Positions 7,423 through 17,670 of a DNA stretch of 42,437 nucleotides are shown here, in pieces. The stretch spans positions 1 through 42,437 of the forward strand of contig JBLFXO010000001.1 in assembly GCA_047609865.1 (NCBI GenBank), given 5' to 3'. Source of the DNA: Arenicella sp. Lineage in GTDB: Bacteria; Bacteroidota; Bacteroidia; Flavobacteriales_D; Crocinitomicaceae. The notes beneath the pieces were generated by a model. That model searched no databases and had not been told where the DNA came from. It saw only the letters and a program-made list of their open reading frames with translations. Made by a program: the position numbers and the translations under genes. Each line of letters opens with the position of its first letter. Position 1 is the first letter of the stretch.

Positions 7423-10200
7423 TTAGAATGGATATCCGATACCGAAGTTAAAACGCCAGCCGTGAGGTAAAATATAATCAACAGGATTTCCTTGAGTGTC
7501 TTCGTCAAAATAGGTTTTGTATTCAGTATGATCTGCCGCTAACCACCATCTGTTTCCGGCTGGTAAATAGGGATTGTGAATCTTCCATGAGAAATCAAGC
7601 CTGGCAATTAAGAAATCAAAATCTGCCCTTAAACCAAAACCAGTACCAATGGCGACCTGCTTATAAAATCCTCCGAATGTAAAGACGCCATCATCTAGCA
7701 AGGGATCACCTTTGACCTTCCAAATATTCCCCATGTCTACAAAGACAGCTCCGTTCAAAATTTTCGAAATTTTAAAACGCCACTCCAGATTTAACTCTAG
7801 TTTCATATCCCCAATTTGTGTGGTTGTACTATTTGAATCAGCATAGGTTTTGATAGAACCCGGAGCCATTGACCTTGCGTCCCAAGCTCTCATATCATTG
7901 GATCCTCCCGCTACAAAACTTTGAGTGTAAGGCAGAGATAAACCATTTGCATAAGCGTAACCAGTACCAACCAAGAATCGATAAACCATTCTATGCTTTG
8001 GACCTATGTATTGATTGAAAATAAATGTGTTTTCTAGTTTAGCATATTGGGCATAAGGAACTCTGAACACTTTTTTAGTATCCGCAATAAAAGCGTCAAA
8101 GTAGCCCAAGGAGTCATTAAATGCGGCATCAATTGTATTCAAAACTAAACCTGCAGCAGTGAACGTGACCACATTATCAAAGGTGTGCTTTGATTTTCTT
8201 TTTCTCTTCTTAAGCTTGAGACTGTTATAATGATGACTGATGTTCAAAATCCCTAAAGACAAAAAGTTACTATAAGAATTCACCAAGAATGGGTCATTGG
8301 TAGCGTTCAAGTTGGCCTCAAATAGTGAGTCTTTCTTTATAAATACATAGTTAAACCTCACTGGTGTAATTGTGAATATTTGAGTTTGATTAGGAGAAGA
8401 CAACTTCCATTTGTAATTCAATTCACCCACATGACGATCGAACTCAGACCTCAATTGGTGATTATAAAGAGCTCCAATTTGTGTGGATGGAAATGATCTT
8501 TTTGAAATCTCTTCTTGTTTCTTCTTGGAAAGCGGAAAAAATCTTGGAATGCTATAGGTCACTTCCGGTCCCCACTCAAAAGTATTCAAACCTCTAATTT
8601 TGAATGATTTCGAAGCATCTGCTCCGTCCCCGGCCACAAGAGGCTGAGATTGAAATCCTCCTGAAAGGGTAATCTTGAGTTTATTTGCCGAGCCAGATAA
8701 ATTCTTATTCGTGTAAGAAATTAATCCTGAAACCCCTAATATACTTTGTGTATTGGTCGCTCTAGGCTCTAATTGAAACTGTTGCTTTTTACCCGGGGTT
8801 AAATCATAAACGATATCGACCTTACTTCCTCTTGGATTGTCAGTATCTAAAATGATTTTTGGTGAAACTTCAGAGAACACATCCAACCTAATCATTGATC
8901 TTGTAGATCTTTCTTTATAATAGTCTTTCGCGAATCGACCTCTCTCAAGAAAATTTTGTTTATCCAATAAATCAGGCTCAACAAAAGGTGTTTCATTATA
9001 AATTACCCAGCCTTTATAATAGATAGATGTATCAATATACTTCTCAAACATTTTTACACCATTATTCTTTCTGTCTTCTGGATTAAAAGTGATAAAGCGT
9101 TTACGAATGAGTGTATCAATAACCAACATGGTATCTAACAGATGGTAATCTCCTTTTTTAGTTTTGTATTCCAAGCCAAGATTATCACACTTTTGCTTGT
9201 AAGCTTCATAGTCTTTAAATGAAGCTGAATCAGGGTTATTTAATCTAAAAGTGATGTCATCAACCCTATAAGTTTTGTGCGCCAAGATGCTAGAGTCCAA
9301 ATATTTATGATGGATAAAAATGACCAAGTCACTTTCAAAATTCCCCTTTGTAGTATCAACGATATAACTGATGTAATTCTTGGTAAACCCAAAGTAAGAG
9401 TTGTCTTTTAGATAGGTTGTAAATCTATCACGTTCGTCATCCAAAATACCCTCATCCAACAACATCCCCTCTATCAACACTTCCCCTTCTTCTTTTAACA
9501 TCCTCTGGTATAGCTGTCCCACCCAAGGATAAACAGATGTAGAATCATATTTTATAGATGTAATTCTGTAAGGTTCATTCGGCTGAACATAATAATTCAC
9601 AGTTGCCTTTTTCTTTCTTTCATTGTACACAATGGTATCAGATACTTGGACATTTTTAAATCCTCTTTGATTGAGGAATATTGCCATTTGTTGTTTAGAC
9701 TTTGTGATTTTTAAGGTGTCCAGAACAACAGGAGTTTCACCCCAGTGAGTCACCATCCAATGTCGCCAGCCATAACTCATTGACTTCATGTTCTTGGTTT
9801 TCTTCTTGTATTCTGACTTGCCCTTTTCTCTAGCTTCGTCAATCCTCTTCTTATTCTTCTTATCTTCTTTCGCTTGCTTTTTTTCGTTTTTACGAATGAC
9901 TTTATTCTTCTTCCTTTCCAACTGCTTTTGATATCTCACCGTATCAATACGGTTGAAAATAAAAAGCTTATAGCTCGAATTTGGTGTCGGCCTGATGAGC
10001 TCAGTTAGGTCTCCCGGAGTAATGAGATCGTGATTATCATCCCAATCAAGATTTAAACTATCTCCCGTTTCAGAGGCAATAAGAAGTGTATTCTCTTTGA
10101 GTAAATAATTTCCTTCTCCAACATATTTAGATTGTCTACATCCAACCGCAACCAAAAGGATGAGGAATGCTCCAAAATATTGAATAAGATTTCGCTTCAC
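7423..10200 (-). CDS. Omp85 (BamA/TamA, TamL-like) outer-membrane lipoprotein
   Basis: Lipobox AVGC; C-terminal GGSNDMRAW, ELNLEWRF, GAVFVDMGNIW, GFGLRADF, FNFGIGYPF. Confidence 0.9.
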   Translation of the reverse strand: MKRNLIQYFGAFLILLVAVGCRQSKYVGEGNYLLKENTLLIASETGDSLNLDWDDNHDLITPGDLTELIRPTPNSSYKLFIFNRIDTVRYQKQLERKKNKVIRKNEKKQAKEDKKNKKRIDEAREKGKSEYKKKTKNMKSMSYGWRHWMVTHWGETPVVLDTLKITKSKQQMAIFLNQRGFKNVQVSDTIVYNERKKKATVNYYVQPNEPYRITSIKYDSTSVYPWVGQLYQRMLKEEGEVLIEGMLLDEGILDDERDRFTTYLKDNSYFGFTKNYISYIVDTTKGNFESDLVIFIHHKYLDSSILAHKTYRVDDITFRLNNPDSASFKDYEAYKQKCDNLGLEYKTKKGDYHLLDTMLVIDTLIRKRFITFNPEDRKNNGVKMFEKYIDTSIYYKGWVIYNETPFVEPDLLDKQNFLERGRFAKDYYKERSTRSMIRLDVFSEVSPKIILDTDNPRGSKVDIVYDLTPGKKQQFQLEPRATNTQSILGVSGLISYTNKNLSGSANKLKITLSGGFQSQPLVAGDGADASKSFKIRGLNTFEWGPEVTYSIPRFFPLSKKKQEEISKRSFPSTQIGALYNHQLRSEFDRHVGELNYKWKLSSPNQTQIFTITPVRFNYVFIKKDSLFEANLNATNDPFLVNSYSNFLSLGILNISHHYNSLKLKKRKRKSKHTFDNVVTFTAAGLVLNTIDAAFNDSLGYFDAFIADTKKVFRVPYAQYAKLENTFIFNQYIGPKHRMVYRFLVGTGYAYANGLSLPYTQSFVAGGSNDMRAWDARSMAPGSIKTYADSNSTTTQIGDMKLELNLEWRFKISKILNGAVFVDMGNIWKVKGDPLLDDGVFTFGGFYKQVAIGTGFGLRADFDFLIARLDFSWKIHNPYLPAGNRWWLAADHTEYKTYFDEDTQGNPVDYILPHGWRFNFGIGYPF

Positions 10201-10209
10201 TAAATGATT

Positions 10210-10254
10210 TATATTTGTCTCAAATCTGCCTTCGGCAGAAGCTTTGCAAAAATA
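10210..10254. promoter_or_regulatory. Face-to-face TAnnTTTG promoter boxes flanking a hairpin
   Basis: TATATTTG (+, 10210-10217), TATTTTTG (-, 10247-10254), tctgcc-ttc-ggcaga at 10225-10239. Confidence 0.6.
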
Positions 10255-10275
10255 ACCGAATAAACTGAATACGAA

Positions 10276-11022
10276 TTGTCTTTATCAAAAAACGAAATAA
10301 AATTCTACAAGTCCCTCCAGCAAAAGAAGTTCAGAGATTCTGAGAAACTATTTGTCATTGAAGGAGTGAAGCTTTTTAAGGAGTTATTGAACGCTGAATC
10401 CTTTGAGATAGATCAAATACTAATTATCGAATCTTCAGAGCTTATTGATGAGCTTCAAGCCGAGCATGGCAAGTACTTAACAGTAATTAGCAATAACGAT
10501 TTAGAACGTATTTCCTCTTTCAAACATCCTAACCAAGTTTTTGTGACGGTAAATCAAAAAGAAGATGTGGATTTAAGCTATTCAGAAGATGAGCTCATAT
10601 TGTTTTTGGATGACGTTAGAGATCCAGGAAACTTGGGAACAATAATCAGAACAGCAGAATGGTTTGGGGTGAATCAAATTAGATGCTCTTCTACTTCGGT
10701 TGAATTATACAATCCTAAAGTAGTTCAATCATCTATGGGATCTATTTTCAGAATGAAAGTGAGTTATGGAGACTTGGTGCAAGAGGTTACCAAAGCGCAA
10801 GCTGCTAACTTTTCAGTGATAGCAGCGGACATGAATGGTGAAGACTTAAATGGATTTGAATTTGAAGCAAAAACTGTTTTGGTAATGGGATCTGAATCCC
10901 ATGGTGTTTCTGATGAAATTGGAGCCCTGAGCAAGGCGATTACAATTCCGAAAATAGGCGCTGCTGAATCATTGAATGTTGCAATGGCTACAGGGATTAT
11001 TTTGGCGGCTGCAAGACGATAA
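10276..11022 (+). CDS. TrmH/SpoU-family RNA methyltransferase
   Basis: DPGNLGTIIRTA, VMGSESHGVS, ESLNVAMATGI motifs; TTG start. Confidence 0.93.
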   Translation: MSLSKNEIKFYKSLQQKKFRDSEKLFVIEGVKLFKELLNAESFEIDQILIIESSELIDELQAEHGKYLTVISNNDLERISSFKHPNQVFVTVNQKEDVDLSYSEDELILFLDDVRDPGNLGTIIRTAEWFGVNQIRCSSTSVELYNPKVVQSSMGSIFRMKVSYGDLVQEVTKAQAANFSVIAADMNGEDLNGFEFEAKTVLVMGSESHGVSDEIGALSKAITIPKIGAAESLNVAMATGIILAAARR

Positions 11023-11111
11023 TTATATGATTGCGTCAGTCTGTCCTGACAGTTATCAGAAAATCTAAGACTAGCTCATCAATTACTGATCGTCTAAACA
11101 CAAATTCATCT

Positions 11112-11135
11112 ACACTTCGACAAGCTCAGTGTGAC
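11112..11135 (+). repeat. REP-like palindrome (cttcgacaagctcagtgtgac type)
   Basis: acact-tcgacaagctc-agtgt stem between convergent genes; resembles a dispersed Bacteroidota repeat as I recall it. Confidence 0.6.
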
Positions 11136-11161
11136 CATTTGATATTACTTAAGGAAATTGA

Positions 11162-11551
11162 TTATTTCGTTTCAATGAATTCACTCAAAGCTTTTAGGCT
11201 TTCAGCATCAGAAAACTTTTCATCCACAACTTCACGAAAGGCTTCCTTCTCAGCACATTGTGTGTAAGCTTGCTTAGCAAATTCTAATTTAGATTCTTCG
11301 GCTTGCATGTAATCCATCACTTCAGAAATTTGATCAATGCTCATCACACCTTTCTTAAGACCTTTCAGAGCTGCCTTCAATTTCATCTCTTCAGAAGATC
11401 TACCTCTCATTACATCCATAACATTGGAGAAGTCATCAGCTGAAATTGGTTTAGCATCTGCAGTATTCTCTTTTGTCATATTTTCTGTCTGTGAAGCCAT
11501 AACCGTAGGAGTAGTGAAAGCTAAAAGGGCAATTATCAAAATTCGTTTCAT
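11162..11551 (-). CDS. Secreted DUF4476-like protein
   Basis: Signal peptide; EESKLEFAKQAY motif. Confidence 0.7.
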   Translation of the reverse strand: MKRILIIALLAFTTPTVMASQTENMTKENTADAKPISADDFSNVMDVMRGRSSEEMKLKAALKGLKKGVMSIDQISEVMDYMQAEESKLEFAKQAYTQCAEKEAFREVVDEKFSDAESLKALSEFIETK

Positions 11552-11618
11552 ATCAATCAGTGTTAATTGTAATGGACGTCAAGTTAAAAAATTAATCAAC
11601 GTCCGATTCATTTCATTT

Positions 11619-12035
11619 TTACTTTTTCGGTGGTTTCACAACTCCTTTGGCAAGCGTTATAAATTCATCAGGATTCATTGAACCAGAAACTCTTTTAATT
11701 TCAGTGCCATCTACCTTTCCAAATATCAATGTTGGATATACGGTGATTACGTATTTACGCATCATTGCTAAACCAGCATCTGTCTCCATGTCAATCCTCA
11801 AACAAATAAATTTTTTGTTCATGTATTTGCCGACTTTATCGTTTTGAAAGACTTCTTTGTCTAGTACTTTACAGGGTGTGCACCAAGTTGTATAGCAATC
11901 AATAAATAACAATTTACCTTCTTTTTTAGCCATGGCCTGAGCCATTCCGAAGTCACCTTCGAAAAATTCAATGCCCTGCCCCTTCGCTGAAAATCCAATG
12001 AATAAAAATGATATAATAAGAATTGCTGCTTTCAT
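11619..12035 (-). CDS. Exported thioredoxin-family protein
   Basis: Signal peptide; WCTPC active site, YPT cis-Pro motif. Confidence 0.9.
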   Translation of the reverse strand: MKAAILIISFLFIGFSAKGQGIEFFEGDFGMAQAMAKKEGKLLFIDCYTTWCTPCKVLDKEVFQNDKVGKYMNKKFICLRIDMETDAGLAMMRKYVITVYPTLIFGKVDGTEIKRVSGSMNPDEFITLAKGVVKPPKK

Positions 12036-12043
12036 TTATAAGT

Positions 12044-13684
12044 TTATCGCTTCAAAATCCATGCCGAGTAACCTTCTGACGCTTTTAATTGCTTCATAGA
12101 TGCTTCAGCCAATTCTCGACTGTCAAAACAGCTTGGAGCAACGTAATTCAATTTTGAACCTTTAATCACTTTACAAGTGTATCCTTTAGCATCTAATTCA
12201 GCGGCTCTTTTATAGGCATTTTCTAAAATTGAAAACGAACCGCAAATCACATAATAAGTACAATCCTCTGAAGATTCAATCTTTCTCACAAACCTTGTTG
12301 GCGGTGGGACAACCTTAACATCTGAATACAGTTTGGGTTGCAATACATTCGGGACAACCTCTATTGATTCGACTAATTCAGCACTTACATATCGTGTATT
12401 AGTGTCCGGTAATTCTGCCGCCAATGTCTCCGCCTCGACTTCTGTTTCTTTTCTTAGGTTTTTAGGTTTTGCGGGCCAAAACCCGCTTAAATCTAATCCG
12501 AAAATGGAGTTACCATTCTTTAAACTATCTAAATGAAAATCTTTGAAAATCTCAATTTTACCAGAGTAACAAGCCACCCAAATTTCAGATTCATTCCAGT
12601 TACCACAAATTCCTATTGGTTTTTGAGCCGTTTCAATGGTCTCAATAACCTCCATGGTCTTCGTGCTAATCTTTGAAAAAGAATGATCAAAATAATTCAC
12701 GCAGTACAAGTAATCCTCATTCTCTGAAATACACATAGATCTGGGCCCGGCCGCCGTTCTACAGATGGATTTTGAATGATTAAAACGATTGTACTTCACT
12801 ACCTTACTTCCTGAATTCATGGAAACGTAAATAGTTGAATCATGGTCTGCCAGAATCAAATGCCTAGGAGATCTTCCGATATCTTTGATGTAATTAACTT
12901 CATAAGTATTCAAATTGACTTCAGCTAGTTTTGTTGAACCCATAATTGTGACATAAGCAAAATTACCATCTGCTGTTATATCAACTCCCCTGGGATGCGA
13001 ACCTAAAGTAACTGTCTTCACTTCTTTCTCTGTTTCTAAATCCACAATTGAAATGTCACTACTGGTCCAATTTGAAACGATCAACTTGCTGTCATCATCA
13101 GATATAGCAATAAACTTTGGTACCGCTCCAACCTTCACTACCGATTCAATTTCAAAGGTCTCACAGCTAATTTTGTACAAAAAACTTGGATCAAAGTCTT
13201 TGCCAATGCATCCATCACATCCTTCATGCTCAAAACCCGGACCGACCATGCTATAATTAGAAACCCATAAAGACTTTCCGTCTGATGTAAATGCGGCCTC
13301 TACCGGGCCACCGAGATAAGTATGGTCTTCATATTCAGTAAACCCATATTCTTTGAGATTTACTCCATCCCTAATCTTCGCTAAGCGATCACCATCTTCA
13401 TTATAGATAGTGATGGTATGACGATACATCATATTTTGGGCAGCAAAAATTCCGTGACCAGATGAAACTACAGATTTCGGAGAGATTCCGTCTCTGATTT
13501 CATTTTTCTTTAAGATGTAAGATTTTTGCTGGCCAAATGCAACAGATGATAAAAGTATTCCTATTAAGATTCCAAGATACCTTGCAGTTCTTTTAGGCCG
13601 TCCACTTTGTTTTGCTCGCCCTTTTTGTTGTACGCAACAGTTAAGTTGGTTAACATTCTTTTTAGTATTTCGGTGTTCGAGCAC
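12044..13684 (-). CDS. YVTN/YncE beta-propeller protein with C-terminal SPOR-like domain (start uncertain)
   Basis: Repeats such as VKVGAVPK, LGSHPRG, IGRSPRH; C-terminal YYVICGSFSILENA...AWILK. Confidence 0.8.
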   Translation of the reverse strand: MLEHRNTKKNVNQLNCCVQQKGRAKQSGRPKRTARYLGILIGILLSSVAFGQQKSYILKKNEIRDGISPKSVVSSGHGIFAAQNMMYRHTITIYNEDGDRLAKIRDGVNLKEYGFTEYEDHTYLGGPVEAAFTSDGKSLWVSNYSMVGPGFEHEGCDGCIGKDFDPSFLYKISCETFEIESVVKVGAVPKFIAISDDDSKLIVSNWTSSDISIVDLETEKEVKTVTLGSHPRGVDITADGNFAYVTIMGSTKLAEVNLNTYEVNYIKDIGRSPRHLILADHDSTIYVSMNSGSKVVKYNRFNHSKSICRTAAGPRSMCISENEDYLYCVNYFDHSFSKISTKTMEVIETIETAQKPIGICGNWNESEIWVACYSGKIEIFKDFHLDSLKNGNSIFGLDLSGFWPAKPKNLRKETEVEAETLAAELPDTNTRYVSAELVESIEVVPNVLQPKLYSDVKVVPPPTRFVRKIESSEDCTYYVICGSFSILENAYKRAAELDAKGYTCKVIKGSKLNYVAPSCFDSRELAEASMKQLKASEGYSAWILKR

Positions 13685-14463
13685 GGTTCAAAGTAATTCT
13701 TTTGCAAAGGTAAATTGAGGCTACGAAGATAATTCTCAATTTCGTTATGGTCAAATATTCTTCCTTTACTAAACGGATTAATATAGAAAAGGATATTTCT
13801 ATCATCCGTAATACCCAACATTTTAAGCGTTTGAAATTCATCAACAAAGCCTAACACAAAGTGATTCGGAAGGTTTACACCATAAATAGGAATCTCTAAT
13901 TTTTGTGCAATTACTGAGTATAAAATAGAAAGTGAAAGCGGATTTCCCTTCTTAGAACTTAAAACTGTATTGATGTATGAATTCTCTTCTGAGTAAAAAT
14001 TGTTCTTACTTGATTCAAAACCACATTGATCAAAAATGACATGATTAAAAATCTTAACTATTTCAAACGCTGTATTCTCTTCATTGATTTCTAACCAAAC
14101 TTTTTGTTTGATTTTATCGAGCTCAACTTCAACATCTTCTTCTTGAATCTCAGGAAACTGGAATCTAGAAATAATCATTGAACCTTTAAAAAGATCTCTC
14201 GTTGTTGATCCTCTCCAAGCTTGAAGATCATTCTTCAATTCATTGAATCTGATTTCTTTGATGATCTCTTCAATTCGATCACCATGGCCACCGTCTTCAA
14301 AAGCGAATTGCTCTTTTCTAATATTGACCGTATTCTCCAAGCATGGGAGGATGTTATGCCCCATTTGTATCAATCTGTCTTTAACATGATCGTAAACAAT
14401 TGGGTCTGGATCTTCAACTAATCTAATTAGAGCATTGACCTGTCTATCTTCTATTTGCAACAT
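13564..14463 (-). CDS. SirB1/transglutaminase-like domain protein
   Basis: KKGNPLSLSILY, GVNLPNHF, YINPFSKG; start moved to ATG 14463 because a TACATTTG box lies at 14478-14485 (-). Confidence 0.85.
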   Translation of the reverse strand: MLQIEDRQVNALIRLVEDPDPIVYDHVKDRLIQMGHNILPCLENTVNIRKEQFAFEDGGHGDRIEEIIKEIRFNELKNDLQAWRGSTTRDLFKGSMIISRFQFPEIQEEDVEVELDKIKQKVWLEINEENTAFEIVKIFNHVIFDQCGFESSKNNFYSEENSYINTVLSSKKGNPLSLSILYSVIAQKLEIPIYGVNLPNHFVLGFVDEFQTLKMLGITDDRNILFYINPFSKGRIFDHNEIENYLRSLNLPLQKNYFEPCSNTEILKRMLTNLTVAYNKKGEQNKVDGLKELQGILES

Positions 14464-14624
14464 TGTTTCCACTGCCACAAATGTAAGACAGTCATTAGCA
14501 GGTTTAGTTTCAACCACTTAAATGTTTTAAACGAGATGTTGTTAGTTGACCTCAAGTGGGAACCGAAAAGAATGGACTCAGACAGCTAATAATCAACATA
14601 TTGTAGTCAGCTGGAAATAGCAAA

Positions 14625-15494
14625 TTAAGCAGTCAATCTATCTAAGACTGTCTTTACCAATGCCTTCATTTTATCTTTATAATCAGGCATGAATTCGTTT
14701 GAATATCTATTTGCAAGCACTAAACAACAAGTCACAGATTCATGACCAAGAGCTGATCCTAAAGCATAAATCGCTGATGTTTCCATCTCTAAATTCGTAG
14801 CTCTTATGCCATCCCATTCAAACTTTCTTAAGTTTTCTTTAAAATCAGGATTTGACAATGGAATTCTAATTGCTCTGCCTTGAGGACCGTAAAATCCATT
14901 AGCGGTGGTCGTGATTCCTTCTTCCATTCCTTCTTTCAATAAATCCCTTAATCTGTCTGATGATTTCTTGATATATGGGCGATTCAGGCTGCTACTCCAA
15001 TTCGTTGTCTTCGTGAAATGATTCATTGCTCCGCTTTCATCATTTGTATAAGGTATTTGATAAAAGTTGGCCATGCCGTCAATTCCAACAGCGTATCTTG
15101 AAATGATATATGAACCAGGTTTGATATCAGCATGCAATGCTCCACAAGTTCCGATTCTCACAAATTCCAAAGAAACTTTCTCTTCCTTCTCCACCCTATT
15201 TTCTAAATCAATATTGAAGACTGCGTCAATCTCAGTCAAAACAATATCTATATTGTCTGTTCCGATTCCTGTAGAGACACAAGAAATTCTTTTCCCTTTA
15301 TAAGTCCCAGTAATTGAGCAAAACTCTCTGTTTTGATTTTTAAATGTCACCTCATCAAAAAACTCTCCTACCAAATCAACTCTATTTTGATCTCCAACCA
15401 AGATGATTGTTTCAGCTAAGTCTCCTGCTCCTAGCCCTAAGTGATAGATGTTCCCGTCTTTATCAAGTGTTAATTCTGATGGTTCAAAAGCCAT
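14625..15494 (-). CDS. Nucleoside (uridine-type) phosphorylase
   Basis: IYHL, VGDQNRV, STGIGTDNIDIV, RIGTCG, GFYGPQGR, NLEMETS. Confidence 0.92.
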   Translation of the reverse strand: MAFEPSELTLDKDGNIYHLGLGAGDLAETIILVGDQNRVDLVGEFFDEVTFKNQNREFCSITGTYKGKRISCVSTGIGTDNIDIVLTEIDAVFNIDLENRVEKEEKVSLEFVRIGTCGALHADIKPGSYIISRYAVGIDGMANFYQIPYTNDESGAMNHFTKTTNWSSSLNRPYIKKSSDRLRDLLKEGMEEGITTTANGFYGPQGRAIRIPLSNPDFKENLRKFEWDGIRATNLEMETSAIYALGSALGHESVTCCLVLANRYSNEFMPDYKDKMKALVKTVLDRLTA

Positions 15495-15496
15495 AT

Positions 15497-17086
15497 TTAG
15501 AGTTTTATTAATCTGATTTGAGCTGTGTTTTCTGCTTTGAAATTAGCCATTATTTTATTGACAAAGCCCGGGTCTTGAATCAAATATGAAAGAACATTTT
15601 CTGAACGTTCTTGAAAGCTTCCGTTTGGAAAATAAGAATCTGAAATTCTTTGCACTTGCTTTTGAACTTTCTCAAACTTACCCTTCTCAGCTTTCACCAT
15701 CTTAGCTCCTATTCTTTCAAGAGATTTTGAGAATTTTGAAAACTCAGCTTCAATCATTCCATCCATTCCTTTAGCTATTGATTTGGCTTGAATAAGCAAA
15801 TCGTTTTTCGCCTGCTCTATTTGATTTTCAACGGCAGATATATCTAAATCGTCACCGGACTCTTCTAAAGCCATGTCTTTTATAATCTGATCTACTCCTA
15901 GCTTTAAATCAAGAAGTTCAATCTTAAGTTCATCTAACAAAACTGTTTGATTCTCTCTTACCAACAACACAGAATCTCTCACTCTCAGTAATGGAAAGGC
16001 AATTTCAGCGGCCGCAAACGCACTCTTAATTTGCATCCAATAGGCTATTTCACCTCCTCCGCCAACATAGGCCAAGTTTGGTAAAACAGTTTCTTGATAC
16101 ATTGGTCGCATCAACGCATTTGGTGATATAGAAGCCGGATCAGATTTAATAAGATCAATTAATTCAGCTTTAGAAATTTTCTTATCCGCTAATAGATAGG
16201 CTTCTCCATCTTCTTTAATTCTATGTCTTACATTATTTGAATCAATAAAAAACAAATTGCACTCACGCACATATACTTGCTGATGATACTTTTTAGCTTC
16301 TAGTGCGGCATTTGTTTCATTCACACTATCGAAAACAAATCTTTTTTCAACTTCTTTGACCGCTACATCCATAAACAACTTCTTTAACTCCAAGTCATCT
16401 CCATCAATGATTACTAATCCAAATTCAGCGAAAAGTGCGTTCATTAATGAACGAGTCGCCTCCTCTAAATTTGAAGTAGACGAATAATGCTTTAGAAGTG
16501 CATCAATTTTATCAGCAACATCCGGATTTTGAAACTTCTCTTTTATAGGATCAAGAAATGAACTTATTGATTCAGTCGTTATTCTACCGGCAATACTATC
16601 TACTTGACCTTCCTTTAGCCATTCAATTTTTTGATTAAACAGATTGATATGGTTTATTTCATCAAAGTCGTGATCTTCTGTAGCCATCCAAAAAACCGGA
16701 ACAAATTTTTGGGATGGATTCTCCTTATTTAACCTCTCAGTGATTTGAATAATTTGAACCACTTTATAAATAGAATACAATGGCCCGCTCATCAAATTAA
16801 GCTGATGGCCTGTTGTTATAGTATAAGTATTATCATTTGAGAGCGACTCAATATTCTGAGAGGATGACTCGCTTAAGCTTAATGAAGAATTTTGAGTCTT
16901 AAGTTGCTGAACCAAAACAGATCTTTTAGAATCAGAGAACGTCTTCTTCTCAATTTGACTTTGAATATTCTCAAAATCAAAAAATGAATCAATAAATTCT
17001 TCTGTTCTCGGATCTTTATTAATAAGGTCTCTGATGAGCTTTGAGGACATCTTCAGGTCATCAAAAGTATAGCTTGATTTGAGCAT
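15497..17086 (-). CDS. bshC: Bacillithiol biosynthesis cysteine-adding enzyme
   Basis: TTGHQL, GPLY, PVFWMATEDHDFDEI, SPNALMRP, YVGGGGEIAYW, FQER. Confidence 0.95.
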   Translation of the reverse strand: MLKSSYTFDDLKMSSKLIRDLINKDPRTEEFIDSFFDFENIQSQIEKKTFSDSKRSVLVQQLKTQNSSLSLSESSSQNIESLSNDNTYTITTGHQLNLMSGPLYSIYKVVQIIQITERLNKENPSQKFVPVFWMATEDHDFDEINHINLFNQKIEWLKEGQVDSIAGRITTESISSFLDPIKEKFQNPDVADKIDALLKHYSSTSNLEEATRSLMNALFAEFGLVIIDGDDLELKKLFMDVAVKEVEKRFVFDSVNETNAALEAKKYHQQVYVRECNLFFIDSNNVRHRIKEDGEAYLLADKKISKAELIDLIKSDPASISPNALMRPMYQETVLPNLAYVGGGGEIAYWMQIKSAFAAAEIAFPLLRVRDSVLLVRENQTVLLDELKIELLDLKLGVDQIIKDMALEESGDDLDISAVENQIEQAKNDLLIQAKSIAKGMDGMIEAEFSKFSKSLERIGAKMVKAEKGKFEKVQKQVQRISDSYFPNGSFQERSENVLSYLIQDPGFVNKIMANFKAENTAQIRLIKL

Positions 17087-17169
17087 AATACAAAGTTAGA
17101 ATTTAAGCTGATGAAATTGCTTGTTTGAACAATGATTTTGTACTTTTACAGTCTGAAAAATTAAGAAAG

Positions 17170-17601
17170 ATGAAAGCAATTATAACAACTAGCAAAGGAG
17201 TGATGACAGCAGATTTATACGCTGAAGAAACTCCAATAACAGTATCTAACTTTGTAAAACTTGCAAAAGAAGGTTTCTATGATGGATTAACATGGCACAG
17301 AGTTTTACCGAACTTTGTTATACAAGGTGGATGTCCTGAAGGAACTGGTACAGGCGGACCAGGATACACAATTGATTGTGAGGTAAAGGCAGAGAAGCAG
17401 CATCATGATAGAGGTGTTTTATCTATGGCTCATGCTGGCCCAAACACTGGCGGATCTCAATTCTTTGTTTGCCATTCAAGACAAGGTACGGCTCACCTAG
17501 ATGGAGGTCATACTTGTTTCGGACAAGTGACTGAAGGAGTTGATATTGTAGACGATATCAGAGAAGGTGATGCGATTGAAAGTATCGTTATTGAAGATTA
17601 A
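17170..17601 (+). CDS. Cyclophilin-type peptidyl-prolyl isomerase
   Basis: FYDGLTWHRVLPNFVIQGG, LSMAHAGPNTGGSQFF, HLDGGHTCFG; ATG 17170 preferred. Confidence 0.95.
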   Translation: MKAIITTSKGVMTADLYAEETPITVSNFVKLAKEGFYDGLTWHRVLPNFVIQGGCPEGTGTGGPGYTIDCEVKAEKQHHDRGVLSMAHAGPNTGGSQFFVCHSRQGTAHLDGGHTCFGQVTEGVDIVDDIREGDAIESIVIED

Positions 17602-17616
17602 AAAACTTTAAAGCAC

Positions 17617-17656
17617 AAAAAAGGCGTCCCGACTTTATCGTCATGACGCCTTTTTT
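17617..17656. terminator. Bidirectional intrinsic terminator
   Basis: aaaaaaggcgtc...gacgcctttttt between convergent genes. Confidence 0.85.
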
Positions 17657-17670
17657 AGTGTCAATATTTT

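Noticed and set aside
11031-11267. 78-aa ORF on + strand
   Set aside because: Runs through REP-like elements and overlaps the convergent gene; LRQAQCD is the translated repeat
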